A stretch of DNA of 64,000 nt from Alphaproteobacteria bacterium. Its GTDB lineage: Bacteria; Pseudomonadota; Alphaproteobacteria; UBA828. The notes under the pieces were generated by a model. That model did not search any database. It saw only the letters and a list, made by a program, of their open reading frames with translations, and had not been told where the DNA came from. The position numbers and the translations under genes were made by a program. The stretch covers positions 64,001 to 128,000 of the forward strand of contig CAXXVO010000002.1 in assembly GCA_963422645.2 (NCBI GenBank), written 5' to 3'. Shown here in pieces: positions 18,878-29,304 of this stretch; position 1 is the stretch's first letter; every line of letters begins with the position of its first letter.

Positions 18878-20467
18878 ATGTCCGATACGCCAGGCCGGCC
18901 CATTGCACGCGCGCTCGTCTCCGTCTCTGACAAGACCGGCCTCGAAGAGTTCGCGTCCTCGCTCGCGCGCCATAACGTCGCCATCCTGTCCACCGGCGGC
19001 ACTGCACGGGTCTTGCGGGAGGCCGGCATTACGGTCACCGATGTCTCGGACCACACCGGCTTTCCCGAGATCATGGACGGTCGGGTGAAGACCCTGCACC
19101 CGGCGATTCACGGCGGAATTCTGGCCCGCAGGGACGACGCCGGCCATTGCGCGGCCATGGAGACGCATGGAATCGCGGGCATCGACCTGGTTGTGGTCAA
19201 CCTTTACCCCTTCGAGGAGGCGGTGCGCGACGGTGCCGCGCTCGACGCCTGCATCGAGACCATCGATATCGGCGGCCCGGCGATGATCCGGGCGGCGGCC
19301 AAGAACCACGAGGACGTGACCGTGCTGGTGCAGCCCTCGGACTACGCCGCGGTGATGAAAGAGATGGAGGCGCTGGGCGGCGCCACCAGCCTCGAGCTCC
19401 GCCGCCGTCTGGCGGCAACCGCTTTTGCGCGCACGGCCAGCTACGACGCCGCCATCGCCCGCCGTCTCACCGCCGAGGCCGAGAACGGCTCGCCGCCTCC
19501 CCGCTTCGTGTTCGGCGGCTCTCGAAGCAGGGTGCTGCGCTACGGCGAGAATCCCCATCAGAGCGCCGCTCTTTACGTCGATCCAACGGCACCGCCCGGC
19601 GTGGCGCAGGCCGTGCTCATCCAGGGCAAGGAGCCGAGCTACAACAACCTGGCCGATGCCGACGCGGCTCATGGGCTGGTGCGCGAGTTCCACCCGCCCG
19701 CGATCGCCATCATCAAGCACGGCAACCCCTGCGGCGTCGGCCTGGGCGGCACCCTCGCGAAGGCGTACGAGAAGGCCAGGGCGTGCGATCCGGTGAGCGC
19801 CTTTGGCGGCGTGGTCGCAGTGAACCGACCGCTCGACGGAGCGACCGCGCGCGCCATTGCCGGCCTCTTCACAGAGGTCGTGATCGCCCCTGAGGCCGAT
19901 GAGGAGGCACGTGCTGCTCTTTCCGCCAAGGCCGACCTGCGCCTGCTCCTGACCGGAGCAACCGTCGATGACAGCGGCGAGCGGCTCATGGTCCGCACCC
20001 TGGACGATGGTTTTCTGGTGCAAACGACGGATACCGCGCGGGTGACGGCCCAGTCGCTCAAGACCGTGACCAAGCGGGCGCCGACGGATCAGGAACGCAC
20101 GGACCTCCTGTTCGCCTTCACGGTCGCCAAGCACGTCAAATCGAACGCCATCGTCTACGCCAAGGACGGCGCCACGGTCGGCATCGGCGCAGGCCAGATG
20201 AGCCGCGTCGACTCCTCCCGGATCGCGGCGCAGAAGGCCGCGGACGCCTCCGCTGCCGCCGGCGAGGACCGGTCGCGGGCGGAAGGCTGCGTGGTCGCCT
20301 CCGACGCGTTCTTTCCCTTTGCCGACGGGCTCTTGGCTGCTGCCGCAGCGGGCGCCACCGCCGTAATTCAGCCAGGTGGATCCAAACGGGACGACGAGGT
20401 CATCGCTGCGGCGGACGAGCAGGGCCTCGCCATGGTCTTCACCTGCCTTCGTCACTTCCGTCACTAG
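18878..20467 (+). CDS. purH: AICAR transformylase/IMP cyclohydrolase
   Basis: [50 protein letters not shown]. Confidence 0.97.
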   Translation: MSDTPGRPIARALVSVSDKTGLEEFASSLARHNVAILSTGGTARVLREAGITVTDVSDHTGFPEIMDGRVKTLHPAIHGGILARRDDAGHCAAMETHGIAGIDLVVVNLYPFEEAVRDGAALDACIETIDIGGPAMIRAAAKNHEDVTVLVQPSDYAAVMKEMEALGGATSLELRRRLAATAFARTASYDAAIARRLTAEAENGSPPPRFVFGGSRSRVLRYGENPHQSAALYVDPTAPPGVAQAVLIQGKEPSYNNLADADAAHGLVREFHPPAIAIIKHGNPCGVGLGGTLAKAYEKARACDPVSAFGGVVAVNRPLDGATARAIAGLFTEVVIAPEADEEARAALSAKADLRLLLTGATVDDSGERLMVRTLDDGFLVQTTDTARVTAQSLKTVTKRAPTDQERTDLLFAFTVAKHVKSNAIVYAKDGATVGIGAGQMSRVDSSRIAAQKAADASAAAGEDRSRAEGCVVASDAFFPFADGLLAAAAAGATAVIQPGGSKRDDEVIAAADEQGLAMVFTCLRHFRH

Positions 20468-20479
20468 GGAGTCGCGCCA

Positions 20480-21418
20480 ATGATCGTCGTCTTCGGATCG
20501 ATCAACGCCGATCTCCTGTTCGCGGTCGACGCCCTGCCGCGTGCGGGCGAGACGGTGCTCTGCCCCGGCCATCGCGCCGTGGCCGGCGGCAAGGGCCTCA
20601 ATCAGGCGGTCGCCGCTGCCCAGGCGGCGACCGACCCGGCGGCCGCAGTGCAGATGGTCGGCCGCGTCGGCCCCGACGGCTTCGCCCCGCTCGCACTCCA
20701 AGCCCTGAAGGACGCCGGCGTCGGGATGGAGGCGATCACTGAGAGCGCGCTGCCGACCGGCTGCGCCGCGGTAATAGTTGACCGCATGGGCGAGAATCAG
20801 ATCACCGTGGCAAGCGGCGCCAACACGGACCTGCCGCCGGAGGCGCTGCCGGACGACTGGCTCGGGCCGGAGACGGTGCTCGTTCTACAGATGGAGGTCC
20901 CGCTGGAGTCGAACTGGGCGGTGGTGGAGCGGGCCAAGGCGCGGGGCGCCCGCGTCGTGCTCAATCTAGCCCCGGCCAAGCCGGTGCCGGCCGAACTGCT
21001 TCCCGAGTTGGACCTTGTTGTATTCAACGAGGTCGAGGCCGAGATGCTCGCCCGCGCGCGAGCACTGGATGCCGCCGCGGGCGAGGACACGGCTCGCGCC
21101 ATCGCTGCGCGCTATGGTGTGACGACGGTGGTGAGCCTGGGCAGCGCCGGCGCGGCGGCCTTCACGCCCAATGAGGCCTGGCGCTGCGGCGCGCTCGCGA
21201 TCGAACCCGTGGACACGGTGGGGGCCGGCGATGCCTTTGTCGCCGGCCTTGCGCTCGGGCTCGAAGCGGGTGCGGCGCTGCCCCCGATACTGCACCGAGC
21301 GAGCGTCATGGGCGGCCTCGCCTGCCTGCGTGGGGGCGCGGCACCCGCGATGCCGTCTGCAGCCGAGATCGAGGCGCGGCTCAGCGACCTTCCGCCCGCA
21401 GAGCCTATGGCGCTATGA
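20480..21418 (+). CDS. rbsK: Ribokinase (PfkB family)
   Basis: VFGSINAD, GGKGLNQA, GAN, DTVGAGDAF. Confidence 0.85.
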   Translation: MIVVFGSINADLLFAVDALPRAGETVLCPGHRAVAGGKGLNQAVAAAQAATDPAAAVQMVGRVGPDGFAPLALQALKDAGVGMEAITESALPTGCAAVIVDRMGENQITVASGANTDLPPEALPDDWLGPETVLVLQMEVPLESNWAVVERAKARGARVVLNLAPAKPVPAELLPELDLVVFNEVEAEMLARARALDAAAGEDTARAIAARYGVTTVVSLGSAGAAAFTPNEAWRCGALAIEPVDTVGAGDAFVAGLALGLEAGAALPPILHRASVMGGLACLRGGAAPAMPSAAEIEARLSDLPPAEPMAL

Positions 21419-22516
21419 CGAGGATACCTCGGCTGCGCGGTCTGGGAACAGCGTAAGCAGGCCCTTCTCGGAGGCTTCGCAGACGCCGCGATCGGTGATG
21501 AGCGCGGTCACGAGCCGCGCAGGTGTCACGTCGAAGGCGTAATTCGCCGCACGACTGCCGGGGGGCGTTAGCGACACCTTCGTTTCCTGGCCCGCCTCGT
21601 CGCGCCCGGTGATCGTCAGCACCTCGTCCTCGTCCCGCTGCTCGATGGGGGTGTCGGCGCCGTCCGCCAAGGACCAGTCGATGGTCGGATGGGGCAGTGC
21701 AACGTAGAAGGGGATGTCGTTGTCGCTGGCGGCGAGCGCCTTCAGATAGGTGCCGATCTTGTTGCAGACATCGCCGCGTGCGGTGGTGCGGTCGGTGCCG
21801 GTGATGCAGAGGTCGACCATGCCGCACTGCATCAGGTGACCGCCGGCGTTGTCCACGATCAACGTGTGCGGCACCCCGTGGCGCGCCAGCTCCCACGCTG
21901 TCAGCGCAGCGCCCTGGTTGCGCGGCCTGGTCTCGTCGACCCAGACGTGAACCGGAATGGCTTTGTCGTGAGCCATGTAAAGTGGCGCTAGCGCCGTGCC
22001 CCAGTCGACCGTGGCGAGCCAGCCGGCGTTGCAATGGGTGAGCACATTGACGGGGCTGTCCTTGCCCTCCGCCGCCTTTTCCACCAACGCGAGCCCGTTC
22101 TCTCCAATCGCCCGGTTGATGGCAACGTCCTCGTCACAAATCTCGCCCGCTCGCCGGTAGGCGGCGGCGGCGCGTTGCTCGGCAGCCAAGGGGCGGAGCC
22201 GGCGACCGAGATCCTCCAGCGCCCAGCGCAGGTTGACCGCTGTCGGCCGGGTCCCGGCCAAGAGCGTGATCGCGTTCTCCAGGTTCGCATCGCTCGGATC
22301 CTCTGAGAGCGCGAGGGCCACGCCGTAAGCCGCCGTCGCGCCGATCAGCGGCGCGCCGCGCACCACCATCGTGCTGATGGCATGCGCCGCCTCTTCGACC
22401 GTGTGGAGCCGGCGTGTCCCAAATCTGTGAGGAAGCCTCGTCTGGTCGATGACGATGACGGTGCGGCCGTCCTCGTCCAACCAGATACTCCTGTAGAGCC
22501 GGCCGTCGATTCTCAT
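21413..22516 (-). CDS. mtnA: S-methyl-5-thioribose-1-phosphate isomerase
   Basis: MVVRGAPLIG, RPTAVNL, LTHCNAGWLAT, DETRPRNQGA, NKIGTY, NYAFDVTP; ATGA overlap with upstream gene. Confidence 0.95.
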   Translation of the reverse strand: MRIDGRLYRSIWLDEDGRTVIVIDQTRLPHRFGTRRLHTVEEAAHAISTMVVRGAPLIGATAAYGVALALSEDPSDANLENAITLLAGTRPTAVNLRWALEDLGRRLRPLAAEQRAAAAYRRAGEICDEDVAINRAIGENGLALVEKAAEGKDSPVNVLTHCNAGWLATVDWGTALAPLYMAHDKAIPVHVWVDETRPRNQGAALTAWELARHGVPHTLIVDNAGGHLMQCGMVDLCITGTDRTTARGDVCNKIGTYLKALAASDNDIPFYVALPHPTIDWSLADGADTPIEQRDEDEVLTITGRDEAGQETKVSLTPPGSRAANYAFDVTPARLVTALITDRGVCEASEKGLLTLFPDRAAEVSSS

Positions 22517-23196
22517 TTGCCACCACCCGCCTTGGTCATCATATCGTAGCGTACCCGGTCGTGGGCCTCCACCGGGTCCACGCCCTGGCGTACGGCCTCG
22601 ATTATACCTTCCTCGATGTTCTTGAAGAGTGTCGCGTGCTCCAGCACCTCGGCCGCGCTGGCACGGGGGATGACGCAGACCCCGTTCTCGTCTGCGACGA
22701 CGATGTCGCCACGGTCGACCGGCACGCCGCCCAGACGCACGGGAATACCATAGCCGGCACAGGCGCAGCGGTTGCGGATCGACTGCTGGATGAAGCCCCG
22801 GCCGTAGACCGGCAGGTTGAGCGCCTTGTATTCGTCGATGTCGCGGGTGACGCCGTCGATCACCGTGCCGACGAGGCCGAAGTGCCGGGTGGTGAAGCCG
22901 GCGACGCCGCCATAGCTGTTCACGTCCATGCGCCCGCCCTGGTCGATCACCAGAACGTCGCCGGGGTTGCCCAGCTTCACCGCCTCCAGCGTGCCGAGCA
23001 CCGGCGATTCCTCCGCTTCGCCCACGGGCACCAGCTTCAGTGTCGCGGCGGGGCCCACGATCTTGGCGCAGCTGTCCCACAGCGGGCCGATGCCGTGCGG
23101 CGCGCCGGCGATCCCGGCCCGGTCGAGACCGTCCGACACGTTAGCGGTGGAAAGCCCTCGGTAACCCTCGACCAGTTCCTTGAGGTCGGCTGCCAT
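22513..23196 (-). CDS. RraA-family protein (HMG/CHA aldolase-like)
   Basis: TANVSDGL, VGPAAT, GDVLVID, VIDGVTRD, GDIVVADENGV. Confidence 0.85.
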   Translation of the reverse strand: MAADLKELVEGYRGLSTANVSDGLDRAGIAGAPHGIGPLWDSCAKIVGPAATLKLVPVGEAEESPVLGTLEAVKLGNPGDVLVIDQGGRMDVNSYGGVAGFTTRHFGLVGTVIDGVTRDIDEYKALNLPVYGRGFIQQSIRNRCACAGYGIPVRLGGVPVDRGDIVVADENGVCVIPRASAAEVLEHATLFKNIEEGIIEAVRQGVDPVEAHDRVRYDMMTKAGGGK

Positions 23197-23207
23197 GGTT
23201 GCTCTCA

Positions 23208-24143
23208 CTACGAATTCTGCGGCGTCTCGAAGCCCGTTTCCTTGGCCCGGATCAGCGCCGAGACGAGCGTGTTGTAGGGCGCTTCCAGGCCGAGCGCCAG
23301 AGCCTCCGGCGGGATCGCGCCGTTGATCGCGTCGATCTCCGAAGGGCGACCGGCGAGATGATCCAGCAGCATCGAGGGGCGAGCACCGGGGATCTTGGCG
23401 CCGAAGTCGTGCACGTAGGCGACCGGGTCCTCGAAATCGAGCCGGATGCCCTTGGCGCGCGCGACACGATAGGCCTCCGTGGCGCAGCCGGAGGCGATAG
23501 GCCAGGCGGCGGCGTCCGCCATGATCTTGCCCACAGTCAGCCCCGTCAGCGTCGCCGTGCCGCTGTAGCAGACGTTGCAAATGAGCTTCTCCCAGACGAG
23601 CTGGTCGATATCGTCGAAGCATTTGACCCTGAAGCCCGACTCCTGCCAGAGTGCGGCGATGCGCTCGAGCCTTGGCGTCACCGCACCATGCGCCTCACCG
23701 AGCCGGACCAGCTCCATGCCGTTGTGGTGGGCGTGGCCCGGCGCCACGATCGAGGCGCCGAAGCCCCCGACCACGCCGACGATGACGCGCTCCTCGCCCA
23801 GGATGCGGGCCACCTTCGCGGCGCTGCCGAGGCCGTTCTGGATGGTCAGCACCGGGGTCTCGGGGCCGAGCAGGGCGCGTGCGCCGGCGGCTGCAGTCTC
23901 CACCTGCGGCGCCTTGGTCGCGACGATGACGAGGTCGCAGGCGCCAACGGTCGCAGGGTCGCTAGTCGCACCCAGTGTTACCGTTCGGTCACCGCTCGCA
24001 CCTTCGAGCCGGAGCCCCTTTGTGGCGATCGCGTCGACATGCGCCTGCCAAGTGTCGACCGCCCAGACCTCGTTGCCGGCATCGGCCATGAGCGCCGCAT
24101 AGACGCAGCCCATGGCGCCGGCGCCAACGATTCCGATCTTCAT
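23208..24143 (-). CDS. panE: Ketopantoate reductase family protein
   Basis: GAGAMG, QNGLG, WEKLICN, PSMLLD, EIDAING. Confidence 0.85.
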   Translation of the reverse strand: MKIGIVGAGAMGCVYAALMADAGNEVWAVDTWQAHVDAIATKGLRLEGASGDRTVTLGATSDPATVGACDLVIVATKAPQVETAAAGARALLGPETPVLTIQNGLGSAAKVARILGEERVIVGVVGGFGASIVAPGHAHHNGMELVRLGEAHGAVTPRLERIAALWQESGFRVKCFDDIDQLVWEKLICNVCYSGTATLTGLTVGKIMADAAAWPIASGCATEAYRVARAKGIRLDFEDPVAYVHDFGAKIPGARPSMLLDHLAGRPSEIDAINGAIPPEALALGLEAPYNTLVSALIRAKETGFETPQNS

Positions 24144-24163
24144 GGCTCGATGCTCCGTTGGTT

Positions 24164-24898
24164 TCAGCCGCGGGCGGGAGCGCCTGACGCTGGGCCGATG
24201 CGCACGCCGTGCTGCTGGCAGGACGCTTCGGCCAGCGAGACGAACGGCTCGGTCACCTCATCCGGCGCGGGCAGCTTGCTCGCATCTTCGCCCGGATAGG
24301 CGCGGCGGCGGAGCTCCGTTGCCACCGGGCCAGGGTCGAGCAGGTTTACCCGGAGCGCGCTGCGCCGGGTTTCCGCCGCATAGCAGCGCACCAGCGCCTC
24401 AAGTCCGGCCTTGCTCGCCGCGTAGGGACCCCAGAAGGCGGGCGCGGTCCCGGCTGCAGCGGCGGTGACGAAGATCGCCCGGCCCGCAGGCGAGGCCCGA
24501 AGGAGCGGGTCGAGGCTGCGGATCAAGCGCCAGTTGGCACCGAGGTTGAGCGCAAGCGTCTGTTCCCAGTCCTCGGGCGCGTAGTGCCCCACCGGGCTCA
24601 ACTGCCCCAACGTGCCGGCGTTGGCGACGAGGATATCCAGGCGGCCGAAGCGCGCGGCCAGCGCGCCACCCAGCCGGTCGATCTGCTCGCCGTCGCGCAG
24701 GTCCATCGGCACCAGCGTCGCGGGCTCGCCCGATGCGCGCTGCACGGCGTCGTCCACCTCCTCCAGCCCGCCCGTGGTACGGGCAACGAGGATGAGCCGC
24801 GCGCCTTCGGCGGCGAAGCGGCGAGCGACAGCCGCGCCAATGCCGCGCGAGGCACCGGTCACGAGCGCGATCCGGCCTTCGAGGCGCGGCGGCGCCAC
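24164..24898 (-). CDS. SDR oxidoreductase (YciK-like)
   Basis: TGASRGIG, YAASK; usual position downstream of purF in alphaproteobacteria. Confidence 0.9.
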   Translation of the reverse strand: MAPPRLEGRIALVTGASRGIGAAVARRFAAEGARLILVARTTGGLEEVDDAVQRASGEPATLVPMDLRDGEQIDRLGGALAARFGRLDILVANAGTLGQLSPVGHYAPEDWEQTLALNLGANWRLIRSLDPLLRASPAGRAIFVTAAAAGTAPAFWGPYAASKAGLEALVRCYAAETRRSALRVNLLDPGPVATELRRRAYPGEDASKLPAPDEVTEPFVSLAEASCQQHGVRIGPASGAPARG

Positions 24899-24906
24899 GG
24901 CGGCGC

Positions 24907-26385
24907 CTACCCTGAATCCGCCAGCAGGGAGAGCTGCGCAGGCGGCTCGCCAACCTGTTGATCGGAAAGCGGGATCGGATAGTCGCCGGAGAAGCAGGCG
25001 TCGCAGTAGCGCGGACGCGCCGGGTCACGCCCCGGCTCGCCCATCGCCCGGTAGAGCCCGTCGATCGTGAGGAAGGCGAGGCTGTCGACTCCGATGGAGC
25101 GCGCCATGGCGTCCACGTCGTACCGCGCGGCGAGCAGCTTCTCGCGCGCCGGCGTATCGACGCCATAGAAGCAAGAATGGGCGGTCGGCGGGCTCGCGAT
25201 CCGCATGTGGACCGTTGCCGCGCCTGCCGCACGCACCATCTCCACGATCTTGGTGGAGGTGGTGCCGCGCACGATGCTGTCGTCGACGAGCACGACCCGC
25301 CGGCCTTCGATGACGCTGCGATTGGCGTTGTGCTTGAGCTTGACGCCGAGGTGCCTGATCCGGTCCGTCGGCTCGATGAAGGTGCGCCCGATGTAGTGGT
25401 TGCGAATGATGCCGAGCTCGAAGGGCAGGCCGGCTTGCGCGGCATAGCCGATCGCCGCTGGCACGCCCGAATCGGGCACCGGCACCACCACGTCGGCAGG
25501 TGCCGGCGCCTCTCGGGCGAGCTCGGCGCCGATTCGCTGCCTGGCCTCGTAGACGCCGATCCCTTCGGAGACGCTGTCGGGCCGCGCGAAGTAGATGTAT
25601 TCGAATATGCAGAATCTCTGCTGGGTGGGGCGGAAGGGCCTGATGCTCTCCACCCCTGCTCTCGAAATGATGACCAACTCGCCCGGCTCGATGTCGCGCA
25701 CGTACTGGGCGCCGATGATGTCGAACGCCACCGTCTCCGACGCCAGAATCATGGCGCCGTCGAGCTGGCCCAGCACCAAGGGGCGCACGCCGTAAGGGTC
25801 GCGCACGCCGATCAGCGAGTCCTTGGTCAGCGCCACCAGCGAATAGGCGCCCCGCACCCGGCCCAGCGCCTCGATCACGCGCTCCACCACGCGCGGGCGC
25901 CGACTGATGGCGATCAGGTGGACGATCACCTCGGTATCGGAGGTGGATTGGAATATGCAGCCATGGTTGACGAGACCGGCGCGCAGCGAGAGCGCGTTGG
26001 TCAGGTTGCCGTTGTGCGCGATGCTGAGCCCGCCGAAGGCGAGGTCGGCGAAGAGTGGCTGAATGTTGCGCACCTCGGGCGCGCCCAGGGTGGAATAGCG
26101 GTTGTGACCGATTGCGGCGCGACCTTCCAGCGCGTCGATTACCTCGCCCGAAGAGAAGATGTCCCCGACTCGCCCAAGCGCCCGGTGCGAATGGAAGAGT
26201 GTGCCGTCCGTGCTGACGATGCCGGCCGATTCCTGCCCCCGATGCTGCAGCGCGTGCAGGCCGAGCGCCGCATGGGCGGCGGCGTCGGGGTGCCCGAAGA
26301 TGCCGAAGACCCCGCACTCCTCCCGCAATTTGTCGTCTTCCGGCGCAATGCCCGCCGACACGATGTGAGGTTCGCCTGCCGCCAT
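24907..26385 (-). CDS. purF: Amidophosphoribosyltransferase
   Basis: EECGVFG, LQHRGQE, VPDSG, VDDSIVRGTT. Confidence 0.97.
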   Translation of the reverse strand: MAAGEPHIVSAGIAPEDDKLREECGVFGIFGHPDAAAHAALGLHALQHRGQESAGIVSTDGTLFHSHRALGRVGDIFSSGEVIDALEGRAAIGHNRYSTLGAPEVRNIQPLFADLAFGGLSIAHNGNLTNALSLRAGLVNHGCIFQSTSDTEVIVHLIAISRRPRVVERVIEALGRVRGAYSLVALTKDSLIGVRDPYGVRPLVLGQLDGAMILASETVAFDIIGAQYVRDIEPGELVIISRAGVESIRPFRPTQQRFCIFEYIYFARPDSVSEGIGVYEARQRIGAELAREAPAPADVVVPVPDSGVPAAIGYAAQAGLPFELGIIRNHYIGRTFIEPTDRIRHLGVKLKHNANRSVIEGRRVVLVDDSIVRGTTSTKIVEMVRAAGAATVHMRIASPPTAHSCFYGVDTPAREKLLAARYDVDAMARSIGVDSLAFLTIDGLYRAMGEPGRDPARPRYCDACFSGDYPIPLSDQQVGEPPAQLSLLADSG

Positions 26386-27047
26386 CACTCGACGCTTTCG
26401 CTCAAGCCGTCGAGCTGGTTGCGCTCGCGGTCGCTGTAGCCGGTCTCGCCGTCCTCTTCGCTCCGCTCGACGGGCACGGGCTCGGTCAGCTCCTTCACGC
26501 TTCGCTCCCGGCCATCCTCGAAGGTCTCCTCGATGTGTCGGGTGCCTTCCTCGGCGACCTCCTCGGGAACCACCTCGCGCAACGCGGCGACGCCCTGCTT
26601 GATATACGGCAAGGTCCGGGCCTCGTCGACCCAGGGCGGCCAATCGCTTTGCTGCACCACCGAGCCGAACAGCATGTAGGCGATGCAGACCAGCGCCGCA
26701 CCGCGCAGGATGCCGAAGATGAATCCGAGAGTGCGGTCCAGCGCCCCGCCGCGGCTCCGCTGGATGCGGCCGGAGATGATCTGGTTGATGATCGTGAGGA
26801 TCACCAGCACGACGACGAAGACCGCGACGCCTGCGACCACATCCGCGATCAGCATGGAGTCGGGGATCAGGTCGCGGGCGATGGGCCTTGCATGGGGGAA
26901 GGCAAAGAAGGTCGCAATACCCGCGCCGACCCAGGCGCCGATGCCGAGAATCTCTCGCGCTGCCCCTCGGCCGAAGGCGAGCAGCGCCGAGATGATGATG
27001 ATCAGCGCCACCAGAATGTCGATTAGATTGACCGGCAGGTCTTCCAT
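26385..27047 (-). CDS. cvpA: Colicin V production family membrane protein
   Basis: RGAAREIL, DRTLGFIFGILRG; upstream of purF. Confidence 0.9.
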   Translation of the reverse strand: MEDLPVNLIDILVALIIIISALLAFGRGAAREILGIGAWVGAGIATFFAFPHARPIARDLIPDSMLIADVVAGVAVFVVVLVILTIINQIISGRIQRSRGGALDRTLGFIFGILRGAALVCIAYMLFGSVVQQSDWPPWVDEARTLPYIKQGVAALREVVPEEVAEEGTRHIEETFEDGRERSVKELTEPVPVERSEEDGETGYSDRERNQLDGLSESVE

Positions 27048-27060
27048 TCTCTCGCGATCG

Positions 27061-28446
27061 TCAAGCCATGGGCGTCGCCGGGGGGAAGAGCGCCACCAGG
27101 TCGCGCACATGGGTGAGCCGCCGAACCGTGATCCCCTGGCCCACTCCCTCGCCTCCCTTGGCGCGGTCCGGCACAGGTGCAAGCGCATGGGTAAAGCCGA
27201 GCTTCGCGGCCTCCTTGAGGCGCGCCTCGCCCTGACTTACCGGCCGGACCTCACCGGCGAGACCCACTTCGCCGAAGATGACCGCGCCGTGATCTAGCAC
27301 GCGGTCCGCTGCCGATGAGGCGAGCGCGGCGGCAACCGCGAGGTCCGCCGCGGGCTCGGTGATACGCAAGCCGCCGGCGACGTTGAGATAGACGTCGCAG
27401 ACGCTGAGCCGGAGCCCCGCGCGGGCCTCCAGCACGGCGAGCACCATGGCGAGGCGGCCCGCGTCCCAGCCCACCACGGTGCGGCGGGGCGAGCCCGCCG
27501 GCCCCGGCGCCACCAGGGCCTGAATCTCGACCAGGACCGGCCGCGAGCCTTCGACGCCGGCGAACACCGCAGCTCCCGGCACGGGGCCCCGCTCGGGGTC
27601 CACGAACAGGCTCGACGGGTTGGGGATCTCCACGAGGCCGCGGTCGGTCATCTCGAAGACGCCGATCTCGTCGGTCGGCCCGAAGCGGTTCTTGATGGCG
27701 CGCACGATGCGGAACTGGTGGCCGCGCTCGCCCTCGAAATAGAGCACGCAGTCCACCATGTGCTCGAGCACGCGGGGGCCCGCGATCTGCCCCTCCTTGG
27801 TGACGTGGCCGACGAGCACCAGGACAGTGCCGGTGCGCTTGGCGAGCCGGATCAGCTCCTGGGCGGAGCCACGCACCTGAGCGACCGTCCCCGGCGCCGA
27901 ATCTAGGGTGTCGAGATACATGGTCTGGATCGAATCGATCACCACCATGTCGGGCGGCGTCTCGTCCTCCACGCTGGTTACGACATCGCGTACGTCGATG
28001 GCCGCCGCGAGCCCCACCGGTGCACCGGCGAGGCCGAGCCGGGCTGCGCGCATGCGGATCTGCTCCAGGCCCTCTTCGCCCGAGATGTAGGCGATCCGCC
28101 CGCCGCGCCCGGCCAAGGCTGCTGCCGCCTGCAGCAGGAGGGTCGACTTGCCGATGCCCGGATCGCCCGCAAGCAGGACCACCGATCCCGGCACGAAGCC
28201 GCCGCCCACGACCCGATCGATCTCGCCAATGCCGCAGGGCCGCCGGGCGAGCACGCCGCCCGGCCCGTCGAGGGGCAGAAAGTCGATGACCCGGCCCTTG
28301 CCGCCGCCCAGGCCGCGCGGCGGTGCGGTGCGCGGCATCTCCTCGGAGATACTGTTCCAGGCGCCGCAGGCGTCGCAGCGGCCGGCCCAACGCGGCCGGG
28401 CGGCGCCGCAATCGTTACAGATAAAGCGCTTTTCTGCCCGTGCCAT
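27061..28446 (-). CDS. radA: DNA repair protein RadA/Sms
   Basis: Zn-finger CxxC..CxxC, GDPGIGKST, KNRFG. Confidence 0.97.
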   Translation of the reverse strand: MARAEKRFICNDCGAARPRWAGRCDACGAWNSISEEMPRTAPPRGLGGGKGRVIDFLPLDGPGGVLARRPCGIGEIDRVVGGGFVPGSVVLLAGDPGIGKSTLLLQAAAALAGRGGRIAYISGEEGLEQIRMRAARLGLAGAPVGLAAAIDVRDVVTSVEDETPPDMVVIDSIQTMYLDTLDSAPGTVAQVRGSAQELIRLAKRTGTVLVLVGHVTKEGQIAGPRVLEHMVDCVLYFEGERGHQFRIVRAIKNRFGPTDEIGVFEMTDRGLVEIPNPSSLFVDPERGPVPGAAVFAGVEGSRPVLVEIQALVAPGPAGSPRRTVVGWDAGRLAMVLAVLEARAGLRLSVCDVYLNVAGGLRITEPAADLAVAAALASSAADRVLDHGAVIFGEVGLAGEVRPVSQGEARLKEAAKLGFTHALAPVPDRAKGGEGVGQGITVRRLTHVRDLVALFPPATPMA

Positions 28447-28488
28447 AAACTCTCTTATCCAGCCCGCAGCGTCGGCGCAGCGCGCCGC

Positions 28489-29304
28489 TTAGCCCGCCGC
28501 GGCATGGGCGACCGCGAGCTGAATCGGCCCCTCAGACCGTCCGTTGATGAACTGCTGCACATGCTCATTCCCGCTGATGTCGATCTCGCCGGCAGGCCCC
28601 TGCCAGATGATCGTGCCGTCGTGGATCATCGCGATCCGGTCGGCAATCTTGCGAGCGCTCCTCATGTCGTGGGTGATGGTGAGCGTGGTCGCGCCGAGCT
28701 CGTGCGTGCAGGCGACGATCAGGTCGTCGATGACATCGGCCATGATCGGGTCGAGCCCCGTCGTCGGCTCGTCGAAGAGGATGATCTCGGGCTTGGTTGC
28801 GATCGCGCGGGCGAGCCCCACCCGCTTGCGCATCCCGCCGGAGAGCGCGGCGGGGTAGAGGTCGGCCGAGTCCGCGTCGAGGCCCACCTGGGCCAGGGTC
28901 TTGATGGCGACCCCACGTGCCTCCCGACGAGGCATGCCCTGCGCCTGGATCAGGCCAAAGGCGACGTTCTCCCACACCGAGAGGCTGTCGAAGAGCGCTG
29001 CGTTCTGGAACAGCATGCCGATCTTGCGCATGGCGTCCTCGCGAACCCTGCGGTTGCGGGAGGTCTCCTCGCCTTCGATGGTCACGCTGCCGGCGTCTGG
29101 GCGCAGCAGGCCGAGCAGGCACTTGAGCATGACCGACTTGCCGACCCCGGAGCAGCCGATGACCACCACCGATTCCCCGGTTCCGATCTCGAGGTCGAGG
29201 CCGTCGAGCACCACCGCGCCGCCGAACGTCTTGTGCAGGCCGCGCAGGGCGATCTTGGGCTGGTTGGTGCCGTGCCCCTTGTGAGCGCTCACCGGCGTGC
29301 TCAT
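28489..29304 (-). CDS. mlaF: Mla/Ttg2 ABC transporter ATPase
   Basis: GCSGVGKS, LSGGMRKRV, DEPTTGLDP. Confidence 0.9.
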   Translation of the reverse strand: MSTPVSAHKGHGTNQPKIALRGLHKTFGGAVVLDGLDLEIGTGESVVVIGCSGVGKSVMLKCLLGLLRPDAGSVTIEGEETSRNRRVREDAMRKIGMLFQNAALFDSLSVWENVAFGLIQAQGMPRREARGVAIKTLAQVGLDADSADLYPAALSGGMRKRVGLARAIATKPEIILFDEPTTGLDPIMADVIDDLIVACTHELGATTLTITHDMRSARKIADRIAMIHDGTIIWQGPAGEIDISGNEHVQQFINGRSEGPIQLAVAHAAAG

